IMG/VR virus record: IMGVR_UViG_3300017700_000399
Location: 1 to 44,189 of that record
From: a virus
Lineage: Duplodnaviria > Caudoviricetes
DNA length: 44,189 nucleotides
Direction: 5' to 3' (one strand)
Positions 17,537-27,398 of the stretch are shown here, piece by piece. Under the pieces are notes generated by a model that saw nothing but the letters and a program-made list of their open reading frames with translations, made no database searches and had not been told where the DNA came from. Position 1 is the first letter of the stretch, and the number at the start of each line of letters is the position of its first letter. Position numbers and translations under genes: made by a program.

Positions 17537-17887
17537 ATGGGCGCTAAAACCTCCGAGGCAATGTTGCAAGCGCGGGAATTGATTACGCGCGGGGCGACCC
17601 CGTACCGAGCGGCCAAAGATTGTGGCTTGACCGTGTCGGCGATCACTCGCTCAAAATGGTATCTCGACTTCCAAGCCGCGCAAGTGGTACCGGACGGCTC
17701 GGGCTCGTCGCCGATGGAACGGGCGCAAGCCTTAATCGTCAATGACAGAAAAACGGCGTACGAGGCCGCAAAACTTACCGGCGTGGCGCAAAGTACGATA
17801 AGTCGCTCCGCTTGGTACCGCGCCCATATTGAGGGCTTAGTCGATGAATTCAAACCCGGAGGCAAATATGCTACGAAAACTGTTTAA
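17537..17887 (+). CDS. Tandem helix-turn-helix DNA-binding protein (116 aa)
   Basis: Two repeats of S..M..A..LI....T.Y.AAK..G...S.I.RS.WY. Confidence 0.8.
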   Translation: MGAKTSEAMLQARELITRGATPYRAAKDCGLTVSAITRSKWYLDFQAAQVVPDGSGSSPMERAQALIVNDRKTAYEAAKLTGVAQSTISRSAWYRAHIEGLVDEFKPGGKYATKTV

Positions 17888-18089
17888 CTATTTATCGAAC
17901 TTGGGAACCCGCCAAGGGCTCTCGTTTCGCCTCGTGGTCGAGGACGGCGTCGGATTGTTTCTCGTGCCGAACCCTACGCCCACGCGTCAGCAAATCGGCG
18001 TATTTGAGGTACCGAGCCGCGCGCAACGTTGCGGCGTTCGCAAGGCGTCGGGCAAGTGGGTCGCTAAACGAGTCCGGGCGGGTTGGTAA
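17868..18089 (+). CDS. Hypothetical protein (73 aa)
   Basis: GGAGG RBS; MLRKLFNYL... Confidence 0.6.
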   Translation: MLRKLFNYLSNLGTRQGLSFRLVVEDGVGLFLVPNPTPTRQQIGVFEVPSRAQRCGVRKASGKWVAKRVRAGW

Positions 18090-18544
18090 TGGACGACGAT
18101 AACATCCCGGATTTTCTGCGCAAGGGTGCGCCCGCTCGAGTAATTCCCGGCTTTGGTTTCGGTTGCTCTTTGGCGGCAATTGACCCGTACGTATTCGTCG
18201 ACGCGGCAACGGCGCGCGCCCACGAGTCGACCCGGCATATTGACATTTGTACCGAGATTGTCGACGGCCAGCCGCGCGGGTTCCGTATCACGGATCCGGC
18301 CCAAATCGAGGCGATAAAGAGCGGCGGCACAATGCGCGGTGTATCGGTCGGTTACATCGATGGCGAGAAAGTCGTTACGCCTTGGGTGCGCGAGCAACAG
18401 CGATACAAACCGAAACCCGAGGCCGTGGCGCTCGCCTTAATGACATTCGACGAAACGATCGCGGCGGCCGGCAAGCATCCAACTACGGTCGACCGATTCA
18501 ATGCAATGCGTGACGCGCTGGCAGCAGCGCACGGAAAGGACTAG
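18089..18544 (+). CDS. Hypothetical protein (151 aa)
   Basis: TAATG coupling; MDDDNIPDFLRK... Confidence 0.65.
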   Translation: MDDDNIPDFLRKGAPARVIPGFGFGCSLAAIDPYVFVDAATARAHESTRHIDICTEIVDGQPRGFRITDPAQIEAIKSGGTMRGVSVGYIDGEKVVTPWVREQQRYKPKPEAVALALMTFDETIAAAGKHPTTVDRFNAMRDALAAAHGKD

Positions 18545-18546
18545 CC

Positions 18547-18858
18547 ATGGCATGCGAGGCGCAACGTTGTAACGATCAGATGCAATGCGGGCGGTGCGGC
18601 CTGGCTTGGGACGTGGCCGACCCGGAGCCGCCGAAGTGTGGCCGCAAGATCGATCGCCGGGCAATTCCCGAACGTGCGGTTACTCGAGCCGTCACACGTA
18701 TGGAAACGGCGCCGGTACCGCTCATGCTTACCGCCCGGATTTACACGGAATTGCCGGCAGACTTGGCGCGGGAAATGTTGCGCGAGTACCGCAAGGGGCG
18801 AGACGCCGTCGCCGGCATGCAACTCGCGTACGCGCATTTCGTCAAGGGTTTGGGGTAA
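18547..18858 (+). CDS. Hypothetical protein with N-terminal zinc finger
   Basis: AAGGA RBS; C.A....DQM.C.RCGL.WD..D..PP.C. Confidence 0.75.
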   Translation: MACEAQRCNDQMQCGRCGLAWDVADPEPPKCGRKIDRRAIPERAVTRAVTRMETAPVPLMLTARIYTELPADLAREMLREYRKGRDAVAGMQLAYAHFVKGLG

Positions 18859-19175
18859 TGGTATACGTCGACGACATGCGGGCGCCATACCGCCGCATGA
18901 TTATGTGCCACATGGTCGCCGATACCGACGAGGAGTTGCACGCGATGGCCGCGGCAATTGGAGTATCTCGTCGCTGGCACCAAACCGCCGAGAAAACGAG
19001 CGGAAGCCATTACGATATTTGCTTGTCAATGCGAGACGCCGCCGTAAAATTCGGGGCGATCGAGATAACGTTACGAGAGTGCGCCGCTATAAATTTACGC
19101 CGCCGGGTAACTGGCGAGCTCGGAAACCCGGCGGACGCTATGGAGTGGGCGCGGGAGTATTACTCGAAACGCTAG
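18858..19175 (+). CDS. DUF4031-like protein
   Basis: VYVDD...MCHM.AD..EELH.MA..IG....W.Q...HYDI. Confidence 0.85.
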   Translation: MVYVDDMRAPYRRMIMCHMVADTDEELHAMAAAIGVSRRWHQTAEKTSGSHYDICLSMRDAAVKFGAIEITLRECAAINLRRRVTGELGNPADAMEWAREYYSKR

Positions 19176-19442
19176 GGGCGTTACACGCGGCGACCACTTC
19201 GTCGTAACGGTCGACGAGGTCGTTATACCGCCGCATATTTGCTGCGATACGTCCGGCGATGCTGAAAACAGATTCAGCAACTCGAGGCATAACGACGGCG
19301 TTTGCTTCTCCCGGAGGTCCGGCGGCAATTCCGGTACCGTTGCTCTCGGCGCATCCAGGTAGTGAGTTTGGGACGACGGCGACGCGCAACCCGCTATCGC
19401 CAGCACGAGCACGAGCGCGCCAATACTCAATAAGTTTTTCAT
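19095..19442 (-). CDS. o-spanin (Rz1-like outer-membrane lipoprotein), overlapping the i-spanin in another frame
   Basis: MKNLLSIGALVLVLAIAG-C lipobox followed by a Pro-rich segment. Confidence 0.75.
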   Translation of the reverse strand: MKNLLSIGALVLVLAIAGCASPSSQTHYLDAPRATVPELPPDLREKQTPSLCLELLNLFSASPDVSQQICGGITTSSTVTTKWSPRVTPLAFRVILPRPLHSVRRVSELASYPAA

Positions 19443-19707
19443 TTTTAGCCCCGTCCTCAAATCGTTTTGTATCGCTCGTTGCGAGGCTCGCGCGTAACGC
19501 GTCCTCTCGGTCTTTCGCATCCTTGGCGGCCGCGTTGAATTTGTTTAGCGCGGCATTCGAGGCGGCTAGTTTGTTGGCTTCGGAAACAGCTTTGTACGCG
19601 TCCCAACCTTGATTATAAACATGCGCTTCCCAAGATTTGTACGCGACGATAGACGCGGCAACGAGAGCCGCGGCGATAAGCCATTTCGCCCAAGTTGGAA
19701 TAATCAT
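19138..19707 (-). CDS. i-spanin (Rz-like)
   Basis: N-terminal TM helix, coiled-coil body, G..GLRV motif; contains the lipoprotein gene start. Confidence 0.8.
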   Translation of the reverse strand: MIIPTWAKWLIAAALVAASIVAYKSWEAHVYNQGWDAYKAVSEANKLAASNAALNKFNAAAKDAKDREDALRASLATSDTKRFEDGAKNEKLIEYWRARARAGDSGLRVAVVPNSLPGCAESNGTGIAAGPPGEANAVVMPRVAESVFSIAGRIAANMRRYNDLVDRYDEVVAACNAPSVSSNTPAPTP

Positions 19708-19976
19708 TTTGAGCGGTACCAGGTGCGGCGGTGCCGATGGTCGAATGCGGCAAAAAGCAAAATAGCGAAATTAAGTACCATTAGTTCGAACCGGCTAGAT
19801 ATTTGCTGTCCAAAAACAGCGCCGGCAAGCAACGCAAACTCGGCAACGCAAAGCAGGATAAACGCGAACCGTATGTAATGGCTGGTCTCTCCGCTCATGC
19901 TGTTAACTACGCTTAAACAGTACGCCAAAATAATAACGGCGGAAAGTAAGGTAACGACCATAGTTGCGATTGTCAT
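19704..19976 (-). CDS. Holin/antiholin candidate (about 3 TM, 90 aa)
   Basis: Three hydrophobic segments, basic C-terminal tail, within lysis cassette. Confidence 0.65.
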   Translation of the reverse strand: MTIATMVVTLLSAVIILAYCLSVVNSMSGETSHYIRFAFILLCVAEFALLAGAVFGQQISSRFELMVLNFAILLFAAFDHRHRRTWYRSK

Positions 19977-19977
19977 A

Positions 19978-20367
19978 TTATTGACTCCCGGCGCGAAAGG
20001 TCGCGACAAAGTTTTTTAATCTTTCCAGTATAGCAGGGACAACGTATTGCGCTACCAAGCCGATACCGCCGGCACATGCGCTACGTAACGCGTCGGCTTG
20101 AACCGTAGATAAAAACGATACCCAATGCAAGACGATCGCCACGCATATAGGCGCCCCAAATCCGGCCAGAATCGACGCGCTAAACACGGATGAAAGCATG
20201 CGTAAGTAACCTTGTTGGCGCTCTTGGAACGAGAGGGCGATCAGGCCGCCGAGGAACCCCATTACGAGCGCGTCGAATTGCATGCCGAGAATACCGCCGG
20301 TTATCGTCATCATGCCCGCCGCCGTGAGCGCGGCGTCCGTCGCTGTCGAATTTAATTGCGGTGCCAT
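19978..20367 (-). CDS. Holin candidate
   Basis: Multi-TM 129-aa protein directly after the endolysin. Confidence 0.7.
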   Translation of the reverse strand: MAPQLNSTATDAALTAAGMMTITGGILGMQFDALVMGFLGGLIALSFQERQQGYLRMLSSVFSASILAGFGAPICVAIVLHWVSFLSTVQADALRSACAGGIGLVAQYVVPAILERLKNFVATFRAGSQ

Positions 20368-20996
20368 TACGCCCCCTTAACTGTGAACGCCTCGAGACCT
20401 CGGCGGTAATATTCTTGTACTTCAGCAAGGCCGATTTTGCCGCCGTTGACCGCTTTACGCGCCGCGACGATATCGCCTCGATCCGCGTGTTTGTTTATTT
20501 GGTGCGTATTCCAGTAAAACCCGGCCGCGTTGGCCGCGTGCTCCGGTTGTTCCAATAGTTCCGGATGCTCGAGGAGGTCCAGGTCGAGCGCCAGCATTAC
20601 CGCAACGTAATTGCGTTTGCCGGTCGTTTGGATATCGGAGCGCCCGCGGTATTTCCAACCGTCGCCGCTCGCCTCGTCCCCGTTGCCGTTTTGGTTGGCG
20701 TACACGCGGTTGGCAATCGCGGCATGCCCTCGCGCGTGTACTGCTTTCGCGTCGGCCAGGTCTTTAAAGTCTCGGGGAAAAATAAGCAATAGCCGCTCGG
20801 GCTTTTTGTAATTGAACGATTCGACCAAAGTGCGGAGCTCGTCCGTTTCCTCGGCGATGTTCGCCAGCCAGGCCGCAAGCCGTAACCGCGTATCGATGCC
20901 AAACCGAACCGCCGCCGCCGATAGAAAGCCCGCGTGTAAATCGGCTTTCTTGCCGGCGTTCGGCATGATCGTACGGAGTTGGTCGGCGGTAATCAT
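20367..20996 (-). CDS. Endolysin, glycoside hydrolase family 19
   Basis: RLAAWLANIAEE, ANRVYA...GNG...SGDGWKYRGR..IQTTG..NY, VNGG..GL. Confidence 0.92.
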   Translation of the reverse strand: MITADQLRTIMPNAGKKADLHAGFLSAAAVRFGIDTRLRLAAWLANIAEETDELRTLVESFNYKKPERLLLIFPRDFKDLADAKAVHARGHAAIANRVYANQNGNGDEASGDGWKYRGRSDIQTTGKRNYVAVMLALDLDLLEHPELLEQPEHAANAAGFYWNTHQINKHADRGDIVAARKAVNGGKIGLAEVQEYYRRGLEAFTVKGA

Positions 20997-21040
20997 GGCC
21001 GCATTATAACCGCTCGGAAATGTTTTACATAGGCAAAATA

Positions 21041-21060
21041 AAACCCGCCGGAGCGGGTTT
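21041..21060. terminator. Intrinsic terminator after the tail fibre gene
   Basis: AAACCCGC-CGGA-GCGGGTTT hairpin with T-run on the - strand. Confidence 0.8.
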
Positions 21061-21070
21061 CGTTGTTGCG

Positions 21071-22495
21071 TTACCACCCTCGGTCGATGGAAACCGTAGC
21101 TTCGACGGCGACGGGCTGCGTGATGGTTCCGTTTACAATATAGGGGAAAGCTCCCATTGAGAAAAAAGACGTTAGCTCGGTAAAGCCGTGCGCCGCCCCC
21201 CAGTTTGAAGAGTTGGTACTCCCGTTAAAATACTGACCTCTTAAAAACTCTCCCAAAGGCCCGCCTACGGTTCCCGCCCCCAGACATTTAACGTTAAAAA
21301 AGTCCGGGTTAGTTCCGATAACGTGGTCTTTCGGATAGGAATTGAGCGCCGCGACCGCGAACCTCCCGCTATGGTACCGGCCTTTTAGGGCGTACCATTT
21401 AATAGCGGTGACAACCCCGCCGGAAACGGTGACCTCGCCCACGCAGACTCGATAAATCTGTGCCGCCGCGGACCCGTTCCCAACTTTGCCCGACATTTCC
21501 GAAACGTTGAAAGTGAATTGCCCGTTAGTGACGACGTCCGCTCCGGCAAGCCGGTAAACCGGCATTAAGTTTGCCGTCGCAGTCGTACACGTTCCGTCCG
21601 CCGCAAGATCTAAGTAAAGAGGCATCCGCCCGTTGTTCGACAGCCCGGTCCATGAGGGGTTAATTATGCTCGATACTCGATCGCGTGCGCCACTGGGCGA
21701 AGCATACCCATTTGCCGCCGTGACCACGAGGGTACCGCTGGCAGTAACCGTCGTGCTCCCGGGCGCTCCGCCGAAAGCCGGGTTTCCGCTCGTGTCTGTC
21801 GGCCCCGAGAGGACCGTTTGCCGCACATCGACGCTTTTTTGTGAAATAGGCGCGTACAAAGTGTCGGCGGTCGCTTGGGATATCCCCCCCAAGGATACAA
21901 AAACAAGAGAAGTCGTACCCACGACAATGGGGTCATTCGTGGTTAGTAGCCACAAGGTATCCCCGTTGGCCGAGCCCTCGGTGACGGGTACTGTCGCCCC
22001 CGCGGAAAGAGTGCCGGTCGAGGCATCCGCGGAGCGCGCCCAAGCTCCGGCGGCCGCTACGTAAATGCCGTTTTGCGACCCCGTCGTTTGGTTTTTAAGC
22101 AAAATACGGTCGCCCGCCACGGGGGTAACCCCGTCGATTGCAGACAGACCCGAAAGCGACGCGATATTCGCGGTCGAGGCCATGCGTACGGAGTCTTTAG
22201 GGTCTTTTCCAGAAAACCGCCCGTCGATTTGTAAACTTATCGCGGTTTTTAAATTGGCGAGCAGGGTTGCGGCGCTCCCGTCGTCCAAGGCGTCCAGGCC
22301 GCTATCCGCGATATATTGTGCGACCGCGCTAGCCACGACGGACGATTGCCGCGCAACTTTATTCCACACGTTTGACGGCACGACGCCCGAGGTGAACCCA
22401 TTTGCGATCAGAGTTACCAACGCCTCGAATTCCGCTTGCGTAATAACATTCGCGCCACCGCCAATTGCGAGCGCCTTAAAATCGTTAATTGCCAT
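21071..22495 (-). CDS. Tail fibre / receptor-binding protein (474 aa)
   Basis: Last gene after the baseplate wedge; G..SG...S...NK..RQ.S anchor region; KDSVR...GDRILLKNQT..SQNGIY module. Confidence 0.85.
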   Translation of the reverse strand: MAINDFKALAIGGGANVITQAEFEALVTLIANGFTSGVVPSNVWNKVARQSSVVASAVAQYIADSGLDALDDGSAATLLANLKTAISLQIDGRFSGKDPKDSVRMASTANIASLSGLSAIDGVTPVAGDRILLKNQTTGSQNGIYVAAAGAWARSADASTGTLSAGATVPVTEGSANGDTLWLLTTNDPIVVGTTSLVFVSLGGISQATADTLYAPISQKSVDVRQTVLSGPTDTSGNPAFGGAPGSTTVTASGTLVVTAANGYASPSGARDRVSSIINPSWTGLSNNGRMPLYLDLAADGTCTTATANLMPVYRLAGADVVTNGQFTFNVSEMSGKVGNGSAAAQIYRVCVGEVTVSGGVVTAIKWYALKGRYHSGRFAVAALNSYPKDHVIGTNPDFFNVKCLGAGTVGGPLGEFLRGQYFNGSTNSSNWGAAHGFTELTSFFSMGAFPYIVNGTITQPVAVEATVSIDRGW

Positions 22496-22517
22496 TTGTT
22501 GCCCCTTTGTAAGTGCT

Positions 22518-23186
22518 TCAGTATTCCACGGCCCACGCGCCAACGTCAAGGCCGGACATATAGCCATTGCCGATATCAAACCCGAAAATCGGGGCTCCGT
22601 CGGTACTCGTCGCAACAATCAAATCAATACCGACGGTCTTAGGTTTCACGTACCCGACGATTTGCCGGAGGATTGCCGTAAATAAAACGCTCGGCAATAC
22701 GCCGCCGACTCCGACCGTCATCGTCATGTCGAAATTGTCTTGAACGAAAATGTACGTCCCGGCGCCTTGCAACGTGGCGAGAATTGTTTGCGCGTCCTCG
22801 AGCGTGCCGTCCCAAGTATTCGCCAGAATTTTGACGCGAATAACCAACCGGTACGTTTCGTCGTCGAGATTCGTTAGGCCGGAAACTGGGTCGAACGGCC
22901 CCATCCAAACGCCTTGATCGAGACCGACCGTCGCGCTATCGAACTCGAAATAAACGCCGGTAATCGGTACCGGCAATTTGCGCGAGACGCCCACGCGTTG
23001 CCCGACCTCGTCGAGCTGTACGCCGACCGCGTTGTCGAGGTCGAAGTCGTCCGGCATGCCGAGCATGCAATTTTGAATTTCGACGAAAGGCTCGAGCATC
23101 GCCGTAACGAACGCGACAAAATCCGGTTGCGACCGACTCCGGGACGGCAGCAGCGAGAGATACTCCTCGATTACGCGCGGCGTCAT
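22518..23186 (-). CDS. Baseplate wedge protein (DUF2612-like)
   Basis: FDLDNAVGVQLD.VG..VG.SR; L.D..YR..I..KI..N.WDGT. Confidence 0.85.
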   Translation of the reverse strand: MTPRVIEEYLSLLPSRSRSQPDFVAFVTAMLEPFVEIQNCMLGMPDDFDLDNAVGVQLDEVGQRVGVSRKLPVPITGVYFEFDSATVGLDQGVWMGPFDPVSGLTNLDDETYRLVIRVKILANTWDGTLEDAQTILATLQGAGTYIFVQDNFDMTMTVGVGGVLPSVLFTAILRQIVGYVKPKTVGIDLIVATSTDGAPIFGFDIGNGYMSGLDVGAWAVEY

Positions 23187-24364
23187 GTGATTGTGACCGT
23201 AACATCGACAAGCGTGCAATTGACGACCTTATTAAAATCGATCGCGACGTCTAACGTGTTCCAAGTCGCGCCGCCGTCGGTCGAAACTTCCAAAGTGTTG
23301 ACGCGGTACGGTTGCAAACGGGCGGGGAGGTCGAGGTACGCCGGCGCCCATAAGCCCGTATACTCGACGTCCTCGCCGATGATATGCGACTCCAGGTACG
23401 CGACCATCGACTCTTTAATTTCGGTACCGATTGCCGTAATGTAGCCGGGTAACGCGGTGCCAATAATCCGTACTTTTAAAGTCGTCAGCGCCAAGAGGTA
23501 AAAACGTATCGCGTACGTAATGCCGGTTTTTGGGTCGACATAAACTTGCGACGTTGAACCGTAAGTATTGCCGCCCGGCGTTTTCTTTTGGCCGATAGTA
23601 CGCGCGATTTGCTCGAGGTCGCCGCCTTCGATAACGACGCATTCGCAATTTGCGGGTATGCCGTTCGAGTCGGTAACCTTGGTATCGTTGTCGTAAATGC
23701 GGACGCGTTGTACGCCTGGCAAATTCAGCAACGCACCCTCGAGGGCGCCCAAGACGGTAAGCGCCGGCAATGACGTGGAAACGCTTTGGCGTTGGCGCAA
23801 TACCGGGTCGCGCTCAACAGGGGCGCCCGGCGTCGCATCCGCGGTCGAGGTAAAAGATTGCCAGCCGAGAGCGGGCGTTGCGATAGCGTTAATCGATCCG
23901 GCCGGCGCGGCAATGTCGCCCAACTCTTGCGCGGTTACGGTAACGAAAATCTCGCCGCCCGGCGGAATGGTCACGGTTGGCGGCAAGTTCCATAAACGAC
24001 TATTCGTATCTTTAACCGCGCCGTTTGTAATGACGGTACCGGCTTGGCCGATAACGGATCCGGGCGCGCTCGAGTACGATGCCTCGAGGCGTTCTATACC
24101 GTTGACCTTGACGACGGACGAGAGGCCGGTACCGATTGCCGAGCCCGGGGCGAATTGCCCTTTTATCGCGATCGCTACGTCGTTGCAATCGCTGACGGCT
24201 TGCGCAAACAAGACGATCAATTGCCCGTCTTTGCTGTCCGGCTCGATGTAAATGTCGCTCCCGTAGATCGCGCGTACGTTGTTTTGCAAAGTGTCGAGCA
24301 CGGTTGCAAATGGCGGCGCTGAAATACCGGCTTCAGTGATTACGGCGGTTACCCCGGTGCTCAT
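23183..24364 (-). CDS. Baseplate J-like wedge protein
   Basis: IYG.DI.IEPDS.DGQ, A.G..L......GI.R, G...E.D..LR.R. Confidence 0.9.
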   Translation of the reverse strand: MSTGVTAVITEAGISAPPFATVLDTLQNNVRAIYGSDIYIEPDSKDGQLIVLFAQAVSDCNDVAIAIKGQFAPGSAIGTGLSSVVKVNGIERLEASYSSAPGSVIGQAGTVITNGAVKDTNSRLWNLPPTVTIPPGGEIFVTVTAQELGDIAAPAGSINAIATPALGWQSFTSTADATPGAPVERDPVLRQRQSVSTSLPALTVLGALEGALLNLPGVQRVRIYDNDTKVTDSNGIPANCECVVIEGGDLEQIARTIGQKKTPGGNTYGSTSQVYVDPKTGITYAIRFYLLALTTLKVRIIGTALPGYITAIGTEIKESMVAYLESHIIGEDVEYTGLWAPAYLDLPARLQPYRVNTLEVSTDGGATWNTLDVAIDFNKVVNCTLVDVTVTIT

Positions 24365-24705
24365 GTCGTGACCTCTCCGTCCCCGTAAAGGGTTGTAATA
24401 TTCGCGCCAATCGTTAATTTACGGGCTTGGTCGCGGTAACTTGCGTATTGAGTAATTCCCGTAACGCCTTGCGTTCCGAGTATGCGTTCTTGCACGGCCT
24501 GGTCGTACGTCGTGTCGGTATTCTCGCCGAGAATTTTTTCTTTGTAAGGCGTCCCCTCGGTCAAGTCGAGGTACCAATCTCCCGTACGCAACTCGAGCCG
24601 CGTTTTTGCAGCTTGCGCCACAGTCTCCGGGGAGTCGACTAAAAATTGCGCGTCGCTCAACCCGAATTGATAATCGCCGGTCGGGCTTTCTTTTCGATAT
24701 CTCAT
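24361..24705 (-). CDS. Baseplate / sheath-initiator protein (gp46/gp25-like)
   Basis: GDY.FG, Q...TRL....G.W.LD...G.PY, I..T.GV..I, T.YG. Confidence 0.8.
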   Translation of the reverse strand: MRYRKESPTGDYQFGLSDAQFLVDSPETVAQAAKTRLELRTGDWYLDLTEGTPYKEKILGENTDTTYDQAVQERILGTQGVTGITQYASYRDQARKLTIGANITTLYGDGEVTT

Positions 24706-25403
24706 ACCGGACCGCCTGAATTGTCGGGGCCGTTCGTAACGTCCGAGTGTTGGTGCGTCGTCGAGGGCTTGCTCGTCGGCCCGAATAGTACGTCGGTCGA
24801 ACCCCAAACTATCGGCGCTTTGATTGTCGAGCCAAGCGGGCCGGTTACGTTTCCGGCCGCGTCAATTTTTACGCCGTTTAAGTCGATGCCGCCCGGCGCC
24901 TTAATATTCACGAGGGAACCCGCGGCGAGTTCGACGTACGTTAGGCCGTCGTCCGAACGAAATTGCGCGGAGGCTTTGACGCCGCCGGCCAAGAGCCGAA
25001 CTTGTGACCGAATCCCGACAAACGCGAAGCCGTCCGATAAGTCGTGCATGCGTAAATCGGCTTGCGATCGAATGCCGCCGGCGAGCCACCAATTATCGAT
25101 GCAACGCGAGGAAAACACGATCAAGGCTTCGTCGCCTTGGGATACTGGGAACGTCATTGTATAGCCGCCGCCGCTCGGAAAATGCACGGGGACGTCGACC
25201 AGTTTTGGCAACGTTACCCACGATTTCGCGCCGGCTTTGTCGGTTACTTGCGCTTGCACGGTGCAAGTCGCGGTACATGTTTGTTTGGCCGCGTCGAAAC
25301 TCTCGATGATCGCCGGCAACGCCGTAAAGACGCCCGCTTGCCAGCCAGTTAAGGCGGCGCGTAAGGCGACTTGCGGGTCGTTGAGGCGTTCGGTGCGGTC
25401 CAT
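24702..25403 (-). CDS. Baseplate central spike (gp138-like)
   Basis: DVPV.FP.GGG...TFPV..GDE, R.HDLSDGF, C-terminal HQH metal-binding tip. Confidence 0.88.
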   Translation of the reverse strand: MDRTERLNDPQVALRAALTGWQAGVFTALPAIIESFDAAKQTCTATCTVQAQVTDKAGAKSWVTLPKLVDVPVHFPSGGGYTMTFPVSQGDEALIVFSSRCIDNWWLAGGIRSQADLRMHDLSDGFAFVGIRSQVRLLAGGVKASAQFRSDDGLTYVELAAGSLVNIKAPGGIDLNGVKIDAAGNVTGPLGSTIKAPIVWGSTDVLFGPTSKPSTTHQHSDVTNGPDNSGGPV

Positions 25404-26374
25404 TATTGCGCTAGTACCTTGTTGGATGATCTGTCGACGGCGAGACCGATAATGTCCGCGTACCAATCTTGCCCGCGAGTATCGCCTATAAATTCCACTA
25501 CGTAAAGTCTATAAAATCCGTCCGCGGCAATGTTGGCGAATAGTTGCACGCCGGCGTAACGGTCGTACGGCAATTGCCCCTCGGGTAAGTTTCTCTCCGG
25601 AAATCCCGACGCGCGTAAATCGGCTTGCGACGTTTGGTTGATAATGTCGTTATTGATCTGTACCAAGCCGCCGATTCGCAGTTTCGGATTGATAAGGCAA
25701 CGGGCGACGACGCCTTGCTCGGTCTGTTCCGGGATGCCAATAAGGCCGGTTAGGGCGTTGAGTACCACGGCCTCGCCAGGCAGGTACCCGGCCAGCGGCA
25801 CGACTTGTACCTTACCGTCTTGTATTGACCACGTGGCGCCGGCGCTATCGGCCTCGCAACGCATGAGAGCACGCCCCATGCCCCAAAGGACTTTACCCCG
25901 TGGCAAAACGCCGCCGGTTGAGAACGCCGGCACTTGGCCGAGCTCGAGCCCCATTTGTTTAGCAATCAGGCTCCCGCGCTCCGCCGAGGTCGACCCGGCC
26001 GCAACCGTGGCGCCGCAAATCCCGAAGTTGTATTCGATATCGTTTGCCGCGGCCAAAATGTCGAGGTACGTGTCCGTCGCGTTTTCTTTGCCCTCGCGAA
26101 ACTGTTTAATCGTGCCGTCAAACAGAATGCCGAAATACGCGTTTTCGTACCCGGCTTGGAAAATAACTCGAGTAAATTCGACCGGCGTACGCCCCGTAAT
26201 TTTGCGTACGGTATCCGGCGACAAATTGTAAATACGGAAAACCGCGGTATTCGGGCTCTCGTTGTCCGAGTTGGTTACTTTGAACCGGATCCGCAACTCC
26301 GAAAGGTCGAGACCGTCCTCTCCGGCCGCTACGATTAGCGTCGCCTTGCGAATGAATTGTTTTTCATCGATCAC
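25403..26374 (-). CDS. Baseplate hub protein
   Basis: PNTA...IYNL, AGY, WSIQDG, TGLIG.P, GDTRG..WY. Confidence 0.85.
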   Translation of the reverse strand: MIDEKQFIRKATLIVAAGEDGLDLSELRIRFKVTNSDNESPNTAVFRIYNLSPDTVRKITGRTPVEFTRVIFQAGYENAYFGILFDGTIKQFREGKENATDTYLDILAAANDIEYNFGICGATVAAGSTSAERGSLIAKQMGLELGQVPAFSTGGVLPRGKVLWGMGRALMRCEADSAGATWSIQDGKVQVVPLAGYLPGEAVVLNALTGLIGIPEQTEQGVVARCLINPKLRIGGLVQINNDIINQTSQADLRASGFPERNLPEGQLPYDRYAGVQLFANIAADGFYRLYVVEFIGDTRGQDWYADIIGLAVDRSSNKVLAQ

Positions 26375-26682
26375 GGGGTAACCCAGTAAATATGACCGGT
26401 CGTGCCGAGGTTCTCGAAATTGGGCGGGGAGGCCGGGTCGGTATCGGTCGAAGCGAATATTTGCCCGTTGAAATTCAGGTACCCGAACGGCTCGAGCAAG
26501 TCGGTACCGGTTACGACGCAGATTCCCGCGACGAGCAAGTTGTTATCGATATCGGCAATATCCAAAACCCAAATTTGTGCCGTTACGTTCCACTTGAGCG
26601 TAAGGCGATATTGCACCCCGCTTAACGTAATGGAAAACGTTTGCGGGTTTGGCGTGGTCGGTATCTCGAAAAAATTCGCCAT
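26371..26682 (-). CDS. Baseplate protein (plug-like, 103 aa)
   Basis: IP....PQ.F.I.L....Y.L...WN....W.LD; synteny. Confidence 0.8.
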   Translation of the reverse strand: MANFFEIPTTPNPQTFSITLSGVQYRLTLKWNVTAQIWVLDIADIDNNLLVAGICVVTGTDLLEPFGYLNFNGQIFASTDTDPASPPNFENLGTTGHIYWVTP

Positions 26683-27398
26683 TACAATACCCCGTAGAAT
26701 CCAGACCCCAAACCAAGCGGGGCGCTTTTAAGTTGCTTTTGTCCAGCGTTGACAACCGGCGACGTTTTTTCCGGTTGCCCTTGCGCCGCGGTATTTACCG
26801 GCACTTGTACGGTTGTCGTCCGGACGATAATTACTTGCTTGCATACCGCCGTAATCGAGAGCACGTTTTCGGTTTCTCGATCCGTGGTGCAACCGAGCGA
26901 ACGGAAAAGCATATTGCGGTACACGCGTTTTCCGGTATAGACGTCGAACGGCACGCGGGACGCTTGCAACGCGAGCAATTTGTCGTACGTATCGCGCGCT
27001 TGTTGCGGGGCGTTACCGCTTAACATCGATTGAGCGGCGGGTATCGTTTGGGCGATCGCAACGCCAGCCGCTACGACGGGAGCGAACACTCCGGCAACGC
27101 CGACGGCCGCGCCGAGCAAGCCAGGCGAACCCGGCGGGCTATTCGACCACGAGCAACGGATAATTACCTCGGACGGGCGTACGAAAGCATGGTCCGCGAT
27201 AGGCGCGCCCAGTTCGACCGGGTGCTCGGTAATTTCCAAGTCGTCGCGGTGTAACTCCTCGATTGTCGCATGCGGCACAAAGGGCGACGGCGTAACGCCG
27301 GCCGCGTTCGGTCCGGGGAAAAACCCCCGTTGCGGACGGATCCGGAAAGCGCCTAGACCAATGGTAAGGGCGGGGAGTGCGTAGCCGGTAAAACTCAT
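26682..27398 (-). CDS. Baseplate / tube-initiator (Dit-like) protein
   Basis: ITEHPVE.GA.IADHA...P, TGKR.Y.NM; follows the tape measure gene. Confidence 0.8.
   Translation of the reverse strand: MSFTGYALPALTIGLGAFRIRPQRGFFPGPNAAGVTPSPFVPHATIEELHRDDLEITEHPVELGAPIADHAFVRPSEVIIRCSWSNSPPGSPGLLGAAVGVAGVFAPVVAAGVAIAQTIPAAQSMLSGNAPQQARDTYDKLLALQASRVPFDVYTGKRVYRNMLFRSLGCTTDRETENVLSITAVCKQVIIVRTTTVQVPVNTAAQGQPEKTSPVVNAGQKQLKSAPLGLGSGFYGVL

Noticed and set aside
21071-21900. Diversity-generating retroelement or invertible tail-fibre tip
   Set aside because: No reverse transcriptase, invertase or second copy of the fibre 3' end seen
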